Of a stretch of DNA of 64,000 nt, positions 58,914 to 64,000 are shown one piece after another. The notes beneath the pieces are model-generated. The model searched no databases. It had not been told where the DNA came from and saw only the letters and a list, made by a program, of their open reading frames with translations. Source of the stretch: Tepidisphaera sp. (lineage in GTDB: Bacteria > Planctomycetota > Phycisphaerae > Phycisphaerales > UBA1924); assembly GCA_050916045.1 (NCBI GenBank), contig CP051526.1:3360001-3424000 (forward strand), read 5' to 3'. A program made the translations under genes and the position numbers. Every line of letters starts with the position of its first letter. The stretch's first letter is position 1.

Positions 58914-59194
58914 GCCGACTTGCTTCGACCGCTCGCTTTCCTCGTCTGAACGATCCGCTTGGCACTCTTGAGAATGTCGCGACGGGCTGCCGGCGTCAGA
59001 GGCTCCGCCGAGCCGCTTGCCAAGCCCTTCTCAATCTCGGTTTCGATCCACGCCTGCGACGATTCGACACGAGCACGGCGCAGCAGCCTTGCAAACGCCT
59101 CGCCCCGGCTTGGGAACGCCCCCTCCGAAACCTGTCGGTCGAGCCACGCAAGCTCGCGGGCGGGAACATCGAGACGAACCGTCTTCTTCGCCAT
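58910..59194 (-). CDS. parD: ParD-like ribbon-helix-helix antitoxin
   Basis: WLDRQVSEGAFPSRGE, EIEKGLASG. Overlaps the toxin start by 4 bp. Confidence 0.8.
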   Translation of the reverse strand: MAKKTVRLDVPARELAWLDRQVSEGAFPSRGEAFARLLRRARVESSQAWIETEIEKGLASGSAEPLTPAARRDILKSAKRIVQTRKASGRSKSA

Positions 59195-59229
59195 GAATCC
59201 ATTGTATCGGCCGGGCCCGGAACTCGCCA

Positions 59230-59961
59230 TCACCGCGCCCGCACATTCCCAAGCCCGCCATCCACCCCGATCGTCTGACCCGTCACCCAGCCGCTTTCCG
59301 GCGACAGAAGCCACACAATCGCCGACGCGATGTCCGGCGGCTCGCCGATCCGGCCCAGCGGGTGCATCGCCACCGACACCTTGAGGCTGGCTTCGTTCCC
59401 CGTGATTCGTTCCGTCAGCGGAGTCCGCGTCAACCCCGGAGCCACCACGTTCACGCGGATCCCGCGAGCCGCGTAGCTTGCCGCCGCCGACCGCGCAAGC
59501 CCCTCCACCGCCGCTTTCGTGGCCGCCACGGCCTCGTGGCTCGCAAGCCCGACCTTCGCCGCCACGCTCGACATCAGCACGATCGACCCGCCTGTGTTCA
59601 TCATCGCCTTGCTCGCCCCGCGAACGACATTGAAAGCCGTCGTCAGGTTCTGAGCGATCTGCTCATTCAGCTCCGCCGGGCTCGTCAGGTGCGCCGGCTT
59701 GAGCAGAAACGCCCCCGCCAGGTTCGCCACGCCCGTGATCGGAGCCGAGGCCGCGACCGATTCAAGCATCGCCGAGACCGCTTCCGCGTTCGTCGCGTCA
59801 AGCTCTCGGACCTCCACCGCGGCCGGAAGCTCGGCTTTGAGCGCCAGAAGCGGTTCCGCCCGGCGGCCGCACGCCACCACCGTGCCGCCCGCGGCCACGA
59901 TCCGCCGGCAAACCTCTCGACCGATCCCGCCACCCGCTCCCACGACGACGACTCTTTGCAT
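59230..59961 (-). CDS. SDR family oxidoreductase
   Basis: VVGAGGGIG, NLAG, SIVLMSS, IRVNVVAPG, VTGQTIGVDGG. Confidence 0.9.
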   Translation of the reverse strand: MQRVVVVGAGGGIGREVCRRIVAAGGTVVACGRRAEPLLALKAELPAAVEVRELDATNAEAVSAMLESVAASAPITGVANLAGAFLLKPAHLTSPAELNEQIAQNLTTAFNVVRGASKAMMNTGGSIVLMSSVAAKVGLASHEAVAATKAAVEGLARSAAASYAARGIRVNVVAPGLTRTPLTERITGNEASLKVSVAMHPLGRIGEPPDIASAIVWLLSPESGWVTGQTIGVDGGLGNVRAR

Positions 59962-60093
59962 ACCCGATGGTTCGCTCGCGGACCCCCTTTGGATGCTCGG
60001 AACGAACACCCCGACGCTCCGCCCGGCCAAAGAAGCTCAGGACCCTTACCGTGACGTCCGAAAGGAGTCTCCGGCCCCGCCGAAAGCCCGCTC

Positions 60094-60834
60094 ATGACCC
60101 ACGATCGGACATTCAGCCTCGATGCGCTCCGCAACGATGACGGCCGGACCGTGCACGACGCTTGCGTGATCCTGCGCGTGCTCGTCGGGTCTCGCGCCTA
60201 CGGCCTCGCCCGCGAAGACTCCGACGCCGACCTTCGCGGCGTCTACATCCCCTCCGCTTCCGCCCACTGGTCGCTCACCAAGCCTCCGGAGCAATTCGAG
60301 AGCGATGAAGCCCAGACCGTCATCTGGGAGGTCGAGAAGTTCCTCGCCCTCGCCCTCAAGGGCAACCCCGCCATTCTCGAGACCCTGTGGTCGCCCGTTG
60401 TCCTCTTCGCGTCGGACCTGGGCCGGGACCTGCTCGAGCTTCGCTCCCAGGTCCTCTCCAAAGCCGTCTACCGCTCGTTCCTCGGCTACGCCGAAGCCCA
60501 GTTCATCGGGATGTCCCGCGCGATGGACCGAACCGGCGCGGTCAAGTGGCGGCACGCGATGCACATGATCCGCTTGTTGATCGCCGGGGAGGAACTCGTC
60601 CGCACCGGCTCGCTCGTGCTTGACGCATCGCCGCACCGGGAACGCCTCCTCCGCGTTCGAGACGGCGTGGAGCCTTGGTCCGCGATCCTCGCGTGGAAGA
60701 CCGAGCTTTCCGCCGCCCTCGACCGGTCGTTCCAGACGACGCCGCTCCCGGAATCACCGGACACCGCCGCTGCGAACGCGTTCCTCACCAAAGCACGCCG
60801 CACGATGGCACGACGGGAGAACACGCATGAGTAA
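60094..60834 (+). CDS. RlaP-like (Pol beta superfamily) nucleotidyltransferase
   Basis: VGSRAYGL...SDADLRGV, EVEKF..LALKGNP..LE.LW, HAMHMIRLL. Confidence 0.85.
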   Translation: MTHDRTFSLDALRNDDGRTVHDACVILRVLVGSRAYGLAREDSDADLRGVYIPSASAHWSLTKPPEQFESDEAQTVIWEVEKFLALALKGNPAILETLWSPVVLFASDLGRDLLELRSQVLSKAVYRSFLGYAEAQFIGMSRAMDRTGAVKWRHAMHMIRLLIAGEELVRTGSLVLDASPHRERLLRVRDGVEPWSAILAWKTELSAALDRSFQTTPLPESPDTAAANAFLTKARRTMARRENTHE

Positions 60835-61600
60835 CCTCGTCCCCCGCATGGACCTCTGCAAGCGGATCGCCGCTCGCCTCGACTGCCCTTCGGTCTTCGT
60901 CACCATCAGCGGAGCCCACCTGTACGGCTTTCCTTCGCCGGACTCGGATTACGACATCCGCGGCAGCCATGTGCTCCCGACGCGCGAACTGCTGACGCTC
61001 GATGAGCCGCGAGAAACGCTGACCTACGAAAGCGTCGAGGAGGGCGTCGAGATCGACCACGTCTCGCACGACATCCGCAAGTTCTGCTCGATGCTCCTCA
61101 AACGCAACGGGTACGTGCTCGAACAGCTCACCAGCCCGCTCATCGTCCAGACCAGCGAGTTTCACCGCGAATTGCTGTCGCTCGTCCCGCGGATGGTGAC
61201 CAAGCACCACGTCCACCACTACCTCGGCTTCGTCCAGACACAGCGAGGCCTCTTCGCGAAGGAAGACCCGCCTCGGATCAAGCCGCTTCTCTACATCTAC
61301 CGCGTGCTCCTCACCGGCGTCCATCTCATGCGGACCGGCGAGACGCAAGCCAGCCTCGTGACGCTCCATGATCTGTACGGACGCGAACTCGACATGCCAT
61401 ACGTGCCCGACCTCATCGCGCGAAAGGTCGGCAGCAAGGAACAAGCCGTCGTCTCGGCTGATGAACGTGCGTTCCACGATCGGGAGCACGACCGCCTCGA
61501 AACCGCACTCAAGCAAGCGGGCGAACTCACGCGGCTTCCGGACATGCCCAGTTGCCGGCCGGAGATCAACGACCTGCTCGTGCGCGTCCGCGGGCTGTAA
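60827..61600 (+). CDS. Second RlaP-like nucleotidyltransferase
   Basis: ISGAHLYGFPSPDSDYDIRG, KRNGYVLEQL.SP, KPLLYIYRVLLTG. Overlaps the upstream gene by 8 bp. Confidence 0.87.
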   Translation: MSNLVPRMDLCKRIAARLDCPSVFVTISGAHLYGFPSPDSDYDIRGSHVLPTRELLTLDEPRETLTYESVEEGVEIDHVSHDIRKFCSMLLKRNGYVLEQLTSPLIVQTSEFHRELLSLVPRMVTKHHVHHYLGFVQTQRGLFAKEDPPRIKPLLYIYRVLLTGVHLMRTGETQASLVTLHDLYGRELDMPYVPDLIARKVGSKEQAVVSADERAFHDREHDRLETALKQAGELTRLPDMPSCRPEINDLLVRVRGL

Positions 61601-61619
61601 TCATCCGAACGGCCCAGGC

Positions 61620-62471
61620 TCAGAGCTTGGCAAGCTCACGCCCGCGATCCCGGGCCGCGACAATTGCCTTTAACAGCGATTCGATCACCTTCGCATCGTC
61701 GAGAACCGCCGTCGCCGCCGCCGTCGTGCCCCCCTTGCTCGTGACAGCCGCTCGCATCGCTTCCGCGGGCCGCTGATCCTCGCGGAGCATCATCCCCGAG
61801 CCGAAGACCGTCGCGCGGACCATCGCTTCGGCCGCCTGCCGGTCAAACCCGAGCTCGACCGCCGCTTTCGTCATGGCTTCCGCGAGATAGAAGACGTACG
61901 CCGGACCCGAGCCGGCGACGGCCGTGAAAGCGTCCATCAAGTCCTCCTTGATGCGCACAACCGTGGGCCCGACGCCGCGGAAAAGGTCAAGGGCGAAGTC
62001 CTCATCCCCCGCGTGCGCACCGGCCGACACGCAGATCGCCGTGCACCCCTGCCGCACCGCCGCCGGCAGGTTCGGCATCGCCCGGATGACACGCGCGCCC
62101 GGGCCCAAGGCCGCACGGATCTTGGCCCCGGGCGTCCCCGCCAGCACGCTGATCACCACGCGGGAGTGCTCGTCGAAAAAGCCCCGGATCTCCTTCGTGA
62201 CCTCTGCGAGCGACTGCGGCTTGACCGCAAGCACCAGCGGCGAGGGTTCGCCACCGCGCTGCGCCTCCTGCTTGACGAGCCATTCCATCGCCTCCCGAGG
62301 GGACTCGCACGTCGGAGCGTCGATCCGCTCGCGGGCGAGCTGGTCGCGTTCAGCCACCATGAACCGGTCGTGGTCGCCCACGGCCAAAGCCCCGGCCGCG
62401 ATGGCACGTCCCATATTCCCGCCGCCGATCATGGCCCAGACCGTTCCCCGGGTTGGCAGATGTGCTGACAT
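61620..62471 (-). CDS. proC: Pyrroline-5-carboxylate reductase
   Basis: IGGGNMG, LAVKPQ, ISVLAG, RAMPN, AVAGSGPAY, VTSKGGTT. Confidence 0.94.
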   Translation of the reverse strand: MSAHLPTRGTVWAMIGGGNMGRAIAAGALAVGDHDRFMVAERDQLARERIDAPTCESPREAMEWLVKQEAQRGGEPSPLVLAVKPQSLAEVTKEIRGFFDEHSRVVISVLAGTPGAKIRAALGPGARVIRAMPNLPAAVRQGCTAICVSAGAHAGDEDFALDLFRGVGPTVVRIKEDLMDAFTAVAGSGPAYVFYLAEAMTKAAVELGFDRQAAEAMVRATVFGSGMMLREDQRPAEAMRAAVTSKGGTTAAATAVLDDAKVIESLLKAIVAARDRGRELAKL

Positions 62472-62593
62472 GCCCAAGGCTAGGGGCGGGCAGGAGCCCA
62501 TCCGCGATCCCAGGCCCGAGCCGCTTGGTGCGATAGAATCACGATCAAGCCCTCAGGAGAACCCGCGGCCGACCGTTCCCGCCGCGACAGACC

Positions 62594-63613
62594 ATGGCCA
62601 CCTTCTATCAGCTCGACTTTGAAAAGCCGCTCGCCACCCTCGAACAGCAGATCGAGGAAGCCAAGGCCGGACTCCCCGGCGACGCCGAGCCCTCGCCGCA
62701 GTTGAAAGCTCTCCGGCAGCAGCACTCGGACCTGCTCAAGAAGCTCTACACCGACCTCTCCGCGTGGAACACCGTCCGCGTCGCTCGCCACCCCCTCCGC
62801 CCGCAGACCCGCGACTACATCGGCATGATGTGCCGCGACTTTTCCGAGCTTCACGGCGACCGCCGGTTCGGGGACGACCCCGCGATCGTGTCGGGGTTCG
62901 CCCGCGTCGGACACGTCAAGTGCATGCTGATCGGCCACCAGAAGGGGAAGGAAACCGCCGAGAAGATCGCGTGCCACTTCGGCTGTGCGCACCCCGAGGG
63001 CTATCGCAAAGCCCTCAAGAACATGAAACTGGCCGAGAAAATGGGCTTGCCCGTCGTGACGCTCGTCGACACGCAGGGCGCCTATCCCGGCTTGGGAGCC
63101 GAACAGCGAGGGCAGGCCCAGGCGATCGCCGAGAACCTGATGGAGATGAGCCGCCTCCGCGTGCCCATCGTGAGCGTCATCATCGGTGAGGGCGGGTCCG
63201 GCGGTGCGCTCGGCATCGCCGTCGCCGATCGCGTCGGCATGATGCAGTACGCCTGGTACAGCGTCATCAGCCCCGAAGGGTGCGCGGCCATCCTGTGGAA
63301 GGAAGCCAACGAGCAGACCAACACCGCCGCCGCGCGTGCGCTCAAGCTCACCGCTGCGGACAACAAGGAACTCGGTGTCGTCGACGAGGTGGTCCTTGAA
63401 CCGGTGGGCGGCGCCCATCGCAACCCGCAGCAGGCCGCGAGCAACCTTCAGTCGTGGATCCTCACCCAGCTTCAGGCCCTCAAGAACGTTCCGGTGGACG
63501 AGCTTCTCGCCCGCCGGTACGACCGCTTCCGGAACCTCGGACAGGTGCTTGAGGGCTCGCCGGTCGTGACCACCCCCCCGGCCGCTTCCTCGTCGGCCGC
63601 CAGCCGCGTTTGA
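62594..63613 (+). CDS. accA: Acetyl-CoA carboxylase carboxyltransferase alpha subunit
   Basis: LDFEKP, ARHPLRP, ELHGDRRFGDD, PEGYRKA, IGEGGSGGALG, YSVISPEGCAAILW. Confidence 0.96.
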   Translation: MATFYQLDFEKPLATLEQQIEEAKAGLPGDAEPSPQLKALRQQHSDLLKKLYTDLSAWNTVRVARHPLRPQTRDYIGMMCRDFSELHGDRRFGDDPAIVSGFARVGHVKCMLIGHQKGKETAEKIACHFGCAHPEGYRKALKNMKLAEKMGLPVVTLVDTQGAYPGLGAEQRGQAQAIAENLMEMSRLRVPIVSVIIGEGGSGGALGIAVADRVGMMQYAWYSVISPEGCAAILWKEANEQTNTAAARALKLTAADNKELGVVDEVVLEPVGGAHRNPQQAASNLQSWILTQLQALKNVPVDELLARRYDRFRNLGQVLEGSPVVTTPPAASSSAASRV

Positions 63614-63771
63614 CGCGGTACCCCCCCGTCCCTACTCTTCGCACCCGAAGGAAGACCCCGCTCTGGGCCGGTCTTGTCTTGGGGTGACCGGCTTCGTTTG
63701 CAATCGTTCTGCCTTTTGGACGGAGTGTCCATCCAAAGACCGACTCTCGTCCGAACACGAGCGAGGGGACC

Positions 63772-64000
63772 GTGGCGAAGAAGACCTCAACAGCCAAACC
63801 CAAGTCCAAGGCCGCCAGCAAGGGCGCGCCGAAGGTGTCCAAGCCGGCTGCAAAGCCCGCGAAGAAGCCTGCTCCCAAGCCAATCGCCAAAAAGCCCGAC
63901 GCCAAGTCGGCTCCGGCGAAGAAGGCGGAAGCCAAAAAGCCGGACGTCAAAAAGCCGGAAGCCAAGAAGCCCGAAGCGAAGAAGCCTGACGTCAAGAAAG
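63772..64000 (+). CDS. Lys/Ala/Pro-rich histone-H1-like N-terminus of a gene running off the window
   Basis: GAGGGG then GTG. MAKKTSTAKPKSKAASK...KKPDVKKPEAKKPEAKKPDVKK stays open to the end. Not listed in the ORF track, presumably because it has no stop inside the window. Confidence 0.75.
   Translation, partial: MAKKTSTAKPKSKAASKGAPKVSKPAAKPAKKPAPKPIAKKPDAKSAPAKKAEAKKPDVKKPEAKKPEAKKPDVKK

Overview
GC-rich bacterial chromosome segment, most likely a planctomycete of the Phycisphaerae type. That call is an inference from four C-terminal 'DFNxDGFxDFFDY...FExGC' dockerin-like anchors, three prepilin/DUF1559-like proteins, a PEP-CTERM protein and five CxxCGY(D/E/N)L...CPECG membrane proteins. 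Housekeeping genes include leuS, argS, accA, proC, ugd, gmhA, a lipid A acyltransferase, a polyprenyl synthetase and flgF-flgG-flgA-flgH. They are interleaved with secreted surface proteins, aldehyde dehydrogenases, a partial sugar ABC system, a ParDE toxin-antitoxin pair and tandem RlaP-like nucleotidyltransferases. I found no rRNA, tRNA, CRISPR array, integrase or transposase. The most interesting candidate system is an operon at 25.2-28.2 kb. A sigma70 promoter with a Fur/Zur-like palindrome precedes a His-rich protein, a DHVH-containing pseudopilin, and two paralogous secreted HxH proteins that carry the same cargo domain on two different anchors (dockerin-like vs PEP-CTERM). Other signals: a MauE-pseudopilin fusion, a lower-GC PIN nuclease flanked by REP-like palindromes, a 9x heptamer repeat before a four-helix-bundle gene, apparently pervasive leaderless genes, sigma54 promoters in the flg cluster, insertions in LeuS and strand-independent GC-skew blocks. 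All family names come from motif recognition, not database searches.
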